A stretch of 64,000 nucleotides of DNA. It comes from Tubulanus polymorphus. Lineage: Eukaryota > Animalia > Nemertea. Location: contig NC_134036.1 of assembly GCF_964204645.1 (NCBI RefSeq), positions 11,387,859-11,451,858 of the forward strand, read 5' to 3'. A program made the translations under genes and the position numbers. Shown in pieces: positions 1-12,454 of this stretch (position 1 is its first letter; every line of letters starts with the position of its first letter). The notes beneath the pieces are model-generated. The model had not been told where the DNA came from. It did no database searches and saw only the letters and a list, made by a program, of their open reading frames with translations.

Positions 1-9
1 GCAACTTAC

Positions 10-1820
10 CTCCATAGTTATCCGATAATCCATACATACAGATTGCTCCATCGATCATTAAGTTTTTATCTGTTTTCTTGCAATATTCACTCACTCTTGC
101 TGGCTGCGTTGATCTTTTATGAGTCTTGCATCGATAGCTTGCATCGTCTTGTTTAACCACGCTTATGGATACACATTCCCATGGTTCATTCGAACAATAA
201 TACTCACAAACATTGAGCGCGTCATCGATGTCGTTTACACCATCCAGTGCGTACTTCATCGAATGGAGAGCATCTCGTTCACAGAATATCGGTACGCACA
301 ACCGTATTCTTATTTCATCTGTGTTTAAACATCAAAATCATTGATTGATCGGTCATTTGTCTCATATGATTTATTCTTCAAAATATCACGATGAGCTTTA
401 CGGACTCGTCCAGAGACTGAAGGCTGCAGGGGCTAGGAAATTTGGAAGGCTAGGGTCCAGAAGAAACGGAAAAGATAATTGTCAGATAGAGCAGCCATGT
501 CATAGGCTACAAGCGGAGTTCTACCCTCGGTGTTAGATATTTTCTAAGAGATACCTCGGGAAAATATGCAATGGAGGAGTGACAACTCTACGGGTTTCAA
601 CGATCTTTATCTTGACTCTCTCACTTAGTTATCCTCTAATTCAAACTAAAATTATTATTATTGAAATATTACAGTAAACACCTGGCTTATTAAATGATTA
701 CATCTTAATCAAGCTGTTATCATAGTTTACTATGTTTTGCTATGCATTTTGTGTGTTAAGGGTTGACTGTGAGCATATTTTTTTCTTTATTGCATTTCTC
801 TATTTTTCTTCTTCACTTTTCTCTTTTGAGGGACCTGTTTTATACGAGCTATTTCTTAGTTTCTACAGGGCCCTCCAGGTCTAATTTACTGGTTTTTGTA
901 TTATGCTATGTACGCTATGCTGTAAATTGTATTTGAAAAATAATGTGTTCAAATCAAATCAAATCAAATCAAAAACTCGTCAAGGGAAACGTCAATAATG
1001 GGAAGGCAATGGTCCTCGCTGGCCCTAAATCCGCCCCTCAGCCGTTACTCAGTATGGCGTAGAAGAACGACATAGAGGTTTAACTGGGTTTAATTTCACC
1101 ATACAATCAGACGATACTATGATAACTATTATAATACATGATAGAATCATAGGAATATTGAAGGAGGAAAAGAGATATTTATAGTTATTTATGTTTAAAG
1201 TTATTTATAGCATCTATTGATGAGCGGGTGTTAATAGAAATGCAATCCATGAAGCGAAAGTTCACAAATAGTTTTAAAACACTTTTAAAATACAATTGTG
1301 AGAACGAGAAGGTAATGATAACATCTCTGATACTGTTGAGCGACAACAATGGCGGCATGACGCAGGACGACCGTTTGGGATTTCTATTTCTAGGATTGTT
1401 AAAAACTGGACCTAAAGTTTTACAAATGTCAATCCAATTATGTTAAGTGTGAAACGATCAAGTGAAATAGCCTGATTAGGCCAATAGTGAGTTTTCTTGT
1501 CAAGATTTGAAAATCATTGAAGAATATTTCATAGCATCGTTGAGAACATCCGGGACCCTGACTAATGAAACCGTTATTTCAGTCCAAATGTAAAACTAGT
1601 CATTGTGGCAGGGATTACAAATGCTGATTCGACTAAAATTTCAGTGGAATGAATATGAATTTCTCATTTTTACAATTAAAACGATTAATTCTACATCTCA
1701 TTAAGATGAGATAACAGCTTACTAACCTGGCCAAGTCGAATTGAGCTTTTTCAGCAAAGATACATTTTCATCACCGCCGATTGTTATCGAAACAGCAAAC
1801 AGTCCAAACAATCCAAACAT
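10..1820 (-). CDS. Secreted Cys-rich protein with PAN/Apple-like module; exons 1820-1727 and 318-10, continuing beyond window start
   Basis: Exon 318-10 is a 309-nt open phase 1-1 exon (cag|ATGAA...GGAG|gtaagt) reading DEIRIRLCVPIFCERD...NVCEYYCSNEPWECVSISVV...YRCKTH...YC...AIC. Upstream exon MFGLFGLFAVSITIGG...NSTWP ends in a phase-1 donor G|gttagt and joins in frame. Confidence 0.6.
700..974 (+). mobile_element. Probable LINE 3' UTR with (TCAAA)n tail
   Basis: T-rich UTR-like tract ending in tcaaatcaaatcaaatcaaatcaaa at about 949-973. Confidence 0.35.
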
Positions 1821-2402
1821 TATGTCGTTTATCTCGCGAATTACTTAATTAAACAGTAAATGAACTAAGTTATAACTAGTTAATGCAGGTTCACGTTCAC
1901 GTTCAGTACCCAGTTCCACAGGTCAGTACCCGGTTCTACTGACACAGGACCCGGTTCCACGTTCAGCGGCTCGGATCCACAGTTCAGTACCCGGTTCCAC
2001 ACTCGTAAAGTTTGAATCTAGAGTTATAATAAGTTCATATTCCAATCCGTTGATCCTAAATTCAAATTCTGAGTAAGAAATAGCTGTTTAACTGGATCCA
2101 GAGTTTCTGCAATGTGTTCCCTGATGAACGTCTCATCGCACGGCAGAGAGAGGATCCGGCGCAAGGTCGCTATAGACGGAGGATTATCTCTTAATTTTGA
2201 AGCTAAGACGCAATCTCCTGTGATTTGGGTAATAAAGCCTCGGGCCACACACATCGAAAAAAACATCGGTTTGTCGACTCCGCTTGACGGAAAAGTGATT
2301 AAAGTATATTGCATTTAATGTAGAGACGCCCACATCGTAACCAATGGCGTCTTTAGATTCTTTGATTCTGACTTGCCGGGGCACCGTGTGTGAGTCTGCA
2401 AT

Positions 2403-3760
2403 CCCCAGCGGGCACGACAACGTCGTTTCAACGTTGAAACGACGTTATTCAAAGACGTTGAATTTTGATAGATAACTAAAATTAAATCGACTTCGTTTTC
2501 CGACCAGTTATAGACGTCATATACGCGATGGATACAACATCACTTCAACCAAATACCAACGTAATCTTTTATCATTAAGCGACATGATAACAGCTCCATA
2601 TTTACGTTGAACCTTCAATCACATTTCAACCTAACCAAACCAAGAAATATAAATACAACACTATTGAATTTTATATGAAGTTTATTAAAAATTAAATGTA
2701 CAATAACGTTTAACAGAACGTGCTTTTCAAGCTATACAAGTGAAAGAAAAAACATACGATATCGACTCGAGCCCACCTTAATAAAGATTTAAAACACGCC
2801 ATTATCCTGGCCAAGCCAATTTGAGGCTTCATACTCTCTAATCATAAAATGCATACCGACATCCGAATACAATACATGTACAATTACCAAAATAATTACA
2901 TACTCAACTACTACATGTAGTTTCAAATGGTTTGAGTATCAATTTAAGCCATCACTCACCATCAATATTAGAAAATTATACCTCAAGGAGGTCTCAAAAA
3001 GAATTATAAAACACAGCAAATTAACTTACAGTGATTGCTAATCGATTTGCATTGCGTTGAAAGACTACTAAAGTAACCTTCCCCACAATTGACATCGATA
3101 TTGCCTCTTTCGATAAAAATCATTGTGTATAGGGGAATGCCCTAACGAGAAGCGGCTACAATGTTTTCAAATAGCATCATTTAGATAAAGATAATGGAAA
3201 AAATTAATATTGTTCTATGGTTTTGAGGAGCTTGTTCTATCAATCAACAAAATGCAAAATCAATTAAGAATAGATTGCTAGAACTTTACGGATCGTTTAG
3301 GACTAGACCCATGAAGTCGTATGGTTACCCGAGATTCTATCAAGGTTCCACAAATCGAAATTAAACTGATGTCCTTATGTTTTGCCTCACAAACATACGT
3401 TCAAATTACTCTAACTTATCAACGACACGTCCACTTCCACCTTTTCGAACTGGGGCGTATTTCAAGTGTAGTACCTTGCGCTGAAACTCTGAGATCAAAT
3501 TGAATTCCATATCAAAATTCATCTATCATCAGGCCAGAAACTATCAACATGGAAATAAATTTTAGTAAGTTTTTGTCAAATTGTGATTCTTCCTTCCTTC
3601 CTTTATGGGAAATGGATCTGATTTAAAAGATTCTGCTCCACTTGAACATGGCGACGGGGATCGAAAAGTTTCTAGCGGAACTGGCGATCGGAGTGTTTCC
3701 ATCGGAACTCTGGATCGGAATAATTCCGATGAAACTGAAAAACAAAATATAAAATACAAT
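2403..3760. mobile_element. Possible CMC/EnSpm-like DNA transposon end with degraded internal exons
   Basis: CCCAGCGGGCAC start followed by ACGT-rich palindromic subterminal repeats. Minus-strand exon-like fragments, including Ser/Pro repeats at 3600-3740. No second terminus found. Confidence 0.25.
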
Positions 3761-3879
3761 AGATCTATAGACCTTGCATTTTTGACATTGTGAAATTATG
3801 CAAACACTTCACGCCAAAACAGCCTGTGTTTTCAATAACTTAGCTAAATGCTCAAGTATTCAACAACCCCCGGTGGCAA

Positions 3880-4079
3880 CAACAAAAACTGGCTACCGGT
3901 AACCCCAATTGCACATGAGGACATAATTTTTATGGTGAAGATATGTCTCTGGTAGATACATGTATAAACCAAATATCAAGACAATCCACTGAAGCGCCTT
4001 CAAAAATTCCTAAAATAACTGCATTTTGTCTACGGACACACGAACGGACGGATGAAAATTGAACGCAATAGCCTAAGGG
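3880..4079 (+). mobile_element. Truncated HINE/Helentron-type element, same family as 41117-42553
   Basis: Matches 42380-42520 (gaagat..tgtct..ggtagatacatgt...aaatatcaagaca...tctacggac...gaacgcaatagcc); cut by element copy 1. Confidence 0.6.
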
Positions 4080-4946
4080 CCGCCGCGCCACCGCTTCTAC
4101 TTGACGTTCGGTCGTCTCTTTTATATGCTACCGTACATTGTCTGTACCAAGGCTTTGCAAGCCAAGAAGGGAACATTCTTTTTATATATCGAAATGTAAA
4201 GAATCAATGTATTTTGCGTGTGGAAATGATGTCCCCTCGGCATCAAGAACGATGAATTTTGTATTATAAGAAAATATATATATTTAATAATTCGTACTAC
4301 ATTCCAATCAAACTTCGAATCTTGCGTTTATTTGATTCGCCGGCACTGGAAGGAAGGACGAGGATTTCTGTTGTCTTCCTGCTGCATCTCACCCATTTAG
4401 TTTTACGTGAGGATCATCCCCCTATTGACCGTCGCTACCGACAACACTTATGCATACGACTAGTTTGACAGATCAGGCATGAGTCGCAATTAGCTCCTGA
4501 GATGATGGGGGACATCTATGTGCGAGAGGGCACTTGGAATGGGGGTAGCCATATCCGCCGAGTAATCAACACTGCGAATTTCGTCCGAGGAAAGCCCCTA
4601 AAGCGGATTACTCCGAGGAGAGCGGGTTGGGGGGTCTGTATTGGCCACACAGATTAAGGCTACGTGGAGTAGGGAGGCGACTGTTTGGAGGAGAGCGTAT
4701 TGCTTAAGCACCCTTTTTAGCGACATTTTTCTTTAGAGGAACGAATTCTACATAGTTTATACAATTTACTTTCCTGGGGAAGACAAGAGTCTCCTTGCCG
4801 TATTCACTACCCGAGTGCGGTCGACCCAGGCGGACCCGTGTAGCGAGCGCCCCGGCACAGCAGAGTGACTACGACTACGCTACCTATGGACAACTGCAGT
4901 CACTACCTGAATTATTATTTTATATGTTTACACTACAACCGCTACA
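4080..4946 (+). mobile_element. Non-coding repeat element, copy 1 (truncated, no 59-bp array)
   Basis: High identity to 17218-18084, 46200-47066 and RC 61177-62045. Ends at the shared terminus ...cactacaaccgctACA. Confidence 0.9.
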
Positions 4947-5268
4947 TAGACAAGATTTGATTCGCATTAATTTAGTGTCCATTACAAACTCACCACAACC
5001 TGGCGGGAGCGACAGGAGGGAATCGATTACGGTTGGGTGCAGAACTGTCGAATTTTGCATATTTTCTGGTCTAAATCGAAGTACAAAATCGGCGATCGGG
5101 GAACCAACTTCTTTCAATTTAGCCCAAATCGACCACCTAATCTTATCAAATCATTTCACTGAATATCACCCATTTAATTATACTCTCCATTGTTTTTAAC
5201 CATTATCTACAATAATCGTAATTTTCTTGTAATAATATAACATTTGATATAATCTTCAGGAATACTAA
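4947..5268 (+). repeat. Dispersed repeat X (inverted copy at 47841-48162)
   Basis: tagacaagatttgattcgcattaatttag...atcttcag is the reverse complement of 47841-48162. Confidence 0.85.
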
Positions 5269-8200
5269 ATTTTCAATAAAAAATCAAACCACTACTCAGT
5301 ACAGTCGAAGACCTGTATCATCTACCCAATCGCCAAATCTCATAATTCCCCAAATTTCTTAAAATTTCGATTTCAAATTTGCAATTCCACATTAGATAAC
5401 TCAGAAATTCTACATTTTTTCGCAGGCGTCAAATAATTTATGTAAATTAATTTTCTTGTTTCAATTGCCATGTTTACAATATTTGGATTAGTCGTGCTAA
5501 ACGTACATGCAGAATTGAATTCATTGTTATAATGGGATGATAATATAGGGCGTCAAGAGTCCAGCGACATACCCTTGATATGAAGCTTTTTAAAGTCTAT
5601 CAGACTTGTCTTGGAGTAAACTGAATTAGCCCTTAAAATACCAATTCCACATGGCTTAATGTTGTCTATGCTCTGCGATACAGTAGTTTAACTAATTTCC
5701 ATGTATTCAAGAGTGAATTTGAATTGATTTCAAAACCAGAGAAAGCATTCTTCAAAAATTTAGAAAATCCTAGACTCATAATCAAATTCTGTGAAGTCAT
5801 TTAAGGTCTTTCGCACGAATCAAGCCGAGGGCTCAGGTGGCTAAAATTCAATTTCTCACTGTCCTATAATGCCGAGTACGACGTAGTTTACACACTGAAA
5901 CACGTTGGGCTGTGTTAGTGTAATTTAGATAAGTCAGCAATACAATGACCGCCCTGCCCCGCTGCATCTGAGACAAAAACATGTAAGACTGTATTGCTTC
6001 GATGCTTTGATAAACAGACTCCTAAGCAAGATGACCTGCCAAACTAAATCTATGCTTATTACAATACTTCAATTTCAAAATGTGGATAGGAAAAAGGTAA
6101 ACAATAAGTGTGTTTGCATCGCGTCATCAAAAAAAATTATTTTCCTCGGCACAACCTGCCTCGTCACGAGACTTTATCAAGTTGATGCAACTGCTACCAG
6201 GGGACCATATCATCAGTATCCTCAAAGCAGACTTTGGCGAGACTTGTTACATCAGTATTTTTACGTGGTAGCCCTTATGGATCCACATAACCAGCATAAT
6301 GTTGACACCGGAGGCGCGTCTTGGAAATATTCATATGTTATGGACGGATTAGAAATATTCTTAGTGCAGCAATATGCAGTATGCATATGCAATATGCAGT
6401 ACATTTGTGTACTCAACTAAATTTACAGTCTTTCTCTAAGAACCGGTCGTTTGTTTATATACCCCACAATGAAAATGAAAAAGTATTCCGTAACAGTGAG
6501 TTGATACTTATGTTTTGCCGTCCATTTATATCGGTTCACACGTTTAATCGACTCATATCTCTATACGACAATGCAGCCAGTGCATTCGGCTTCAGAAATG
6601 TTCAGTTCAATCGCTCAATGTTTAGTAAATGTATTCTCGAGTTCATCTCGTGATTGAAGTGTTTGAGTGCAGCAGGTGCACTAATCTATAAAATCTCTGA
6701 TGTGTTTATGCTACGAGCAATTATCTCAGGTTGAGATAATTGCTCGTAGGTTTGTGTTATTCAGCTCAAACGTACATGTGTAGCTGCAGTGATCAGCGCA
6801 TTTTCTGGTATGCGGATGCAATACACGTTTATAGATTAATTTTTCCTAGTCGCTCTTTTCGCGTCGTATAATTACCGCAACCCACCCGTGTATCCATATG
6901 AAAAAAATGTTTTACAAATCGACAGTGCTTTTATAACGTTGAAACGTGAAAAGTAAGCAAGACTGGTCTTTAGCATAATGCTGTGGAATGAAAAAAACAT
7001 AATAGTCGATATTGAAATGAGGTTTTCTGGTAAATGTCAGAAAACATTTAACCTGATAATCAATAGAAATAGACGTCAAATATTATGTTGGTCAAGTACC
7101 ACTATCACTAGTATTTAACAGCAAATGTAGAAATGGGTCTAATTAGTTCGCGAGACTCCTAGACAAAGAATTATAGTTAAGCGCTTTAAATGTTGGTTCT
7201 CCACAATTTTTCGTTTCATTTGTTGTCAGCCATTCCGACCGGACTCTGCAGTTTGAGATCTAATATCACTTCACATCACAAAATGATCTTCAACATCGAA
7301 GAAAAATTCGAGGTGTATGTGTGCAAACATTAAATGCGCCCTTGATATTTCTCTATTAAAAATCCATTCCGTTTTTATCATAATTGTTTAATCATTTCTG
7401 TCACATACTATCACTGATTTGCCCCACACGAGATATTACCGTTGATCATCCAATTTCAAACCATTACTGGCATTTGTAAATGTAAAAAACATATTTATAT
7501 ATGATAAGGGTAGGTAAGAATTTAGGGCACCGCAGCTAATGATTATTGATCAATAAGGAGAGAAACATTGGAATTAATTGAACATAAATGAAATAAAACC
7601 ATTTTCAACGAAAACCATGCAATTAATTAAGGTACCGATACTAAAAGTCCAAAGGTTGTCACTTTGTAAATGAAAATGGTTAAGTTTGTCAGTTATATTA
7701 GTTTGATAATAATTCTAGTGGAATTACGAATGCATACATGTTTAAATTGAAATTCAATTTAAATTTCATTCAGAATGATGTTTTATCGATGATGTGATCT
7801 TGTCAATCGGGAAGCAGCGTTGATAAACAGTCATTGTAGAAATCTTGTGGCATTGATCTTTAATTTTTTAGTTTGTCAGACAGCCAGACATCTATCATGT
7901 AAGTGCAATACGGGTAATTTATCTATATCACAAGGAAATAATAAGAGGCATTGATTGTTGGAAATGGTAAATTGATGATGTTTGCGAATCGCACCAGTAC
8001 GTTTTAGAATCACTTTTTCTGTATTCTATCCTGATATTAACGCAGAGATCTTACTATTTTATCAAACATTTGCACCATTCATAGCTCACGTCTGACCAGG
8101 TGTACGCGTAAATACTCTCACCACAGTTTGATAAGTTCTCTTAACGATCAGGATAAATATCGATTATTACTATGTTCTTAATATGTTTAATGACAAATCG

Positions 8201-8808
8201 CTAGCAATCATTACCACATTTTATAGTAAGCGTTTACAAAAAGACACGCGGGGTTATGGAGTGCGTTTGTTAACTAGTGTTAGGGTAAAAACGGATTCAT
8301 AATGATGTGTCACTTTTTATTACAATCTACACGTGCCAGCTGGAAACCTATGTACGTAGGCTTAATCAACCGTAACGTTTATCCAAAACATAGAGATTAA
8401 TCCAGTTATCGGAAGTGATAAAAATTAGATACAAATGGGAGTGGCTCAATACTAATTTCATTTAGGATAACCTGATATAATACGTGTAATTGAATACATT
8501 TGCTATAAAATAGTGTGATGAAAGCATAGATTAAAGTGCGAAATTGAAGACAGGTGAACTAAGGGGTTTACAATAGTATAAACAAGTCGAATGAGTACAA
8601 AACGAGTGACATTTTTACACACAATCCTATTAGGTCTACAATATACACTTATTATTGTACTCATTCAAATGAGTTCACTATTTCTATTGTGAATTTATAT
8701 CTACCTCCACCGTCGTAAGTTTTCAGCTGCAAATAATAAATCCCTTTGAAAGCTATTTACTCCATTGTTTTGCCACTACGTGATTGCTATTATGTCGCTG
8801 GTTTTGCC

Positions 8809-8816
8809 TATTTAAA
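8809..8816 (+). promoter_or_regulatory. Candidate TATA box of the astacin gene
   Basis: TATTTAAA about 40 nt upstream of ATG 8855. Confidence 0.35.
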
Positions 8817-8854
8817 CGCAATTTATTCGATTATATTCCAAACGAATGCACAGC

Positions 8855-11800
8855 ATGGACCAATCTTTGATAGCTGTATGTTTGTCGATGGCAGTTTTCG
8901 TTGTGGGTTTGGGTAAGTTATTCATTCTGCATATATATTGCTAGGACGCATTTTCTTTCGTGATTTCCTTCATGTAGTCGATAATGACGTTTTTGAAAGT
9001 TTTGATGTTGCATTTTTTGTATTTCGTGGTGACCAATAGAGGGTGCAGAGGTAGCGATAAGCAGACCTGATTATGAAAGTTTGGTGAACATGGTAAATAT
9101 TTAGCAAATTATTACGTCGTTTGCTAGTCTGATATGGCTGGTTGCTGATCTGATTATCACAGTAGTATTTATAGGCAATTTAAAGTGTTTTTTTTCACTG
9201 ATGCATCAATTAGCATTCCACTTAGCATTCGTGTCAATCTTAAATCTACATTGCTTTCCTGATCTCGACCAGCTGTTTAGCCAAAAATGAGAAATTCTAT
9301 ATCAAAATGATCGTATTTCAAGCAACGTTTCGGCTAAATACCCCCCCCCCCCCTAATTGTAATTAACGTTTTATTTTCTTTTTTTCCTTGCTGGATGCAA
9401 GTCTGATCATTGTTATTTCAGACATATGAACTTCCCGATAACACTTGGCCCGGTGGAAATATACGATACGCTTTTGACAGTTCCTACAGTAAGTTGTTTG
9501 AAATAACCGAATGAACCTGAAGGAAAATTCTCAAAGCAATTGCAGGCTGCAGGTCTTTCAGATTCTCAAAATCTGATGAATATTAAACAATCAACTTAAC
9601 GATGAATATAATTAAACAACGTGTTAAATCACTGTATAAGACGCAATAGTTATCAGTGAAGTTTGTTGGTTATTGTTATATTTTCACTTATTACCAACAT
9701 CGGATGATGAAAATCATTTCAACTTCGTTTTTTACACTTGCAATGCAGTTATTTTTGTATAAATCACAAAACCTGCCTATATAATCAGATATACATGATG
9801 GAATTTAACGTCTTACTGGGGATGGCATCCGTCATACAACTGGACGGATGGCATACGTATTTCATTTCGTATTTCTATTGTTGGCTTTTTAAACATATTT
9901 TGAACAGATGACTCGCATAAGGCTGATATACGTAAAGCGTTCGCACAGATTTCCAAACAAGCCGGATGTTTGAATTTTATAGAGATAACTAACACCACTG
10001 GAGTGAATGGTTACCGTTTGTTAACTGCAACTTCAGGGTACGTGTAACCCTGGACGATGCATTCAGGTAGCCGCACTCACATAACGAATTGGCATTTGAA
10101 ATTGTCTTTTTAATAAGACTATAGATACTTAAGACGTCCTGCCTGAGTAATACAAATTTGGACGTGGGGGGGGGGGGGGGTGGACAAAGTAGTGCGTAAG
10201 ATAAAATCCCACTATTTACAGATTAAAAGAATTAATCTTTTAATCTGTAAATAGTGGGATTTTATCTTATTATCCGTTCACCACGTTTGAGTGTAGTCAT
10301 CGTTCTATAAAGAAGTGCGTGCTCCTGTCAACTTTCAAAGTAAATTTATATTTTAAAACACTATCAAAATGCATCTATTTTTTCCAAAATGCCCAGAGGC
10401 TCCAATATACTCCGGTGAATCCATTGTTGTTCACTAAATGTGATGGACATCTATCAAACTATCCCTTTTGGATGCAACGGTTACGACTATTCAAGTCTTG
10501 AATTATAATTATCATAACATCCCAGAATCGGTGTTCCTTAGTAACACCACTTTGTTTATTTCTTATAGTAGGTGTTATAGCACCATCGGCTATTCGGGCC
10601 TGAACAGTGGTGGTCGTATTGGCCTGAAAAATCGGTGTCGCACATTCGGCAGTCATTTGCTCTATCACGAAATCCTGCATACACTCGGGTATCGTCATGA
10701 ATGGGAAAAATTTGGTGCGGAAAAATACCTGCAACTGAAGGAACCGGCAGGTAAAAAAAGCTTATCATAAAAACTAGATGGCCACATTAAATTCATGGAT
10801 CCAGAAAAATATATTCTGGAAAGAAATCTAACGAAAATCAATTGCTATGGAAGAAACTTTCACTACTAAGAATTGTTATTTCGTAATTCGTTGTATTCAG
10901 ATATTGGAGGTATCTTAAGAGTTACCAGTGTTTTAATATACGGTGCAATAATTATCTAAAATGGTTACCTATTACATTTACAGTATTTGATATACAAACC
11001 ATATTTCTGCAATGTCTTGCTGGAAAATATCAAGGGATGTTTTAGAATTATTTTTCAAATTACTCTATAGATAAATGGAGTAAATACTGGGTTGGTACCC
11101 CTCTCGATGTCTCTTCCGTCATGGTTTATCCATTGAAGTTCAAACTCTTAACCGAGGTAACAGATAAAATATTAGAAGCTTTAAAGAAGGAATACCCAGA
11201 CAGTGCGGAGAAACAAACCCTGGCTTATTGGAAAGATCATAAAAAAGTCGGAATCAGTTTTTGGGATGCAGAAAGGATTAGAAGGTCTTACAGTTGTAAG
11301 GCCAAAGCTTCAAAAGGTAAGATCTTCCTCCGCGGTCGTCTTAGCTTTCTTCACACGCATACAAAAAACTGTGACAATCAATGACTGGGCTGAAGCCAAC
11401 TGAAAAAAAAACAGCTTCATATTCTTAAGGGTTGTCAAATCTTGATCAGTCATGTCATTTTAAGGTTCCCTTAACTTCGTTATGCTTTAAGTGAGACGAT
11501 TATCTAGTCGCAGAATTCTTGGTTAACCGTTGGCTAAAAGCTATTTAGAACTTTAGCACTACGATATTTTACAGCAATAATGGCTCTCGTTCATACAATT
11601 AACAATGAACTAAATCGGCTCTCTTTCTGGTTTAGATTAAACAAACTCTCCCTAAATATAGATAAAACAAGCTATATAATCTTTGGTAATGCTCGTATAC
11701 CCCAGAATTTGAATATAGTTTTAGACGATGTGGTTATTGTACGAAGTGACACCTCGAAATTCTTAGGTATGTTAATTGACAGCAAGTTACATAGGTTTCC

Positions 11801-12454
11801 TCATATAAACTATATTTCTAGTAAAGTTTCACGAGCGATTGATTTTATGTACAAAGCCCGTAGAGTTCTACCGATATGTTTTCTACCTATCCTATATTAC
11901 TCTCTTGCACTCCCTTATTTCCTGTATTGCAACATTGTATGGGCACGGACCTACCCTATTCGACTCCATCGATTAATCATTCCTCAAAAAAGAGCAATCC
12001 GCGTTGTATCCAATGCCCTATTTCTTGCACATTAGGCCCCTCTGTTTAAAGTTGGCAGATTTCTTAATTTTACTAATATCAATAAGTTTCTTACAGCGGT
12101 CTTTACGTATAAACTAGTCCATCATCTAGTGCCTTCATGTATTTATTGTCTTTTTAAATCGAGAGACAGGTAAGAATTCTACGCAATGCACAGGGTCTCA
12201 ATATACCGTATTTTCACACAACCGATAGTTCATTCTCAATATTCACCGGAAAGCTGAAGATTTCAATAGAGCATGATTTTAAGAATCCGGAATGATCTTG
12301 ACGTTCAACTGACGTCAGTTTACCTAGCAGGTGATTTGGATGCCGATATTGATCGATTTAGGATTGACACTATATTTTGTTTTCTGTTGCAGCTGAAATG
12401 GCCCAACGTACGATCTGTCTGAATACGAACTGCTCACTTTCGATCGGTTACTAG
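8855..12454 (+). CDS. Astacin-family (M12A) zinc metalloprotease, about 264 aa; exons 8855-8912, 9040-9092, 9422-9488, 9908-10037, 10572-10750, 11071-11316, 12393-12454
   Basis: All six introns are GT-AG with matching phases. Signal peptide MDQSLIAVCLSMAVFVVGL; WPGGNIRY; AFAQISKQAGCLNF; GCYSTIG; zinc motif HEILHTLGYRHE; Met-turn SVMVY; C-terminal ISFWDAERIRRSYSC. AATAAA at 12481 and 12528. Confidence 0.9.
10197..10269. repeat. Perfect 34-bp inverted repeat with 5-nt loop in astacin intron 4
   Basis: taagataaaatcccactatttacagattaaaaga-attaa-tcttttaatctgtaaatagtgggattttatctta. Confidence 0.9.
11575..12170 (+). mobile_element. LINE (CR1/L2 group) ORF2 fragment in astacin intron 6
   Basis: INNELNRLSFWFRLNKLSLNIDKT...KFLGMLID...LYYSLALPYFLYCNIVW...QKRAIRVV; in-frame stop at 12033. 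Confidence 0.85.

Noticed and set aside
1727-1820. Second astacin suggested by NSTWP
   Set aside because: The next in-phase exon is a Cys-rich PAN-like module; no astacin motifs follow within the window.
4795-5199. Recurrent MPYSLPECG... ORFs (also 46915 and 61137) and ORFs at 17641, 45139 and 63798
   Set aside because: Starts are non-ATG or frames break between copies; these are by-products of the repeat.
6007-6420. Harbinger transposase remnant or gene
   Set aside because: No catalytic motif could be recovered in any frame.
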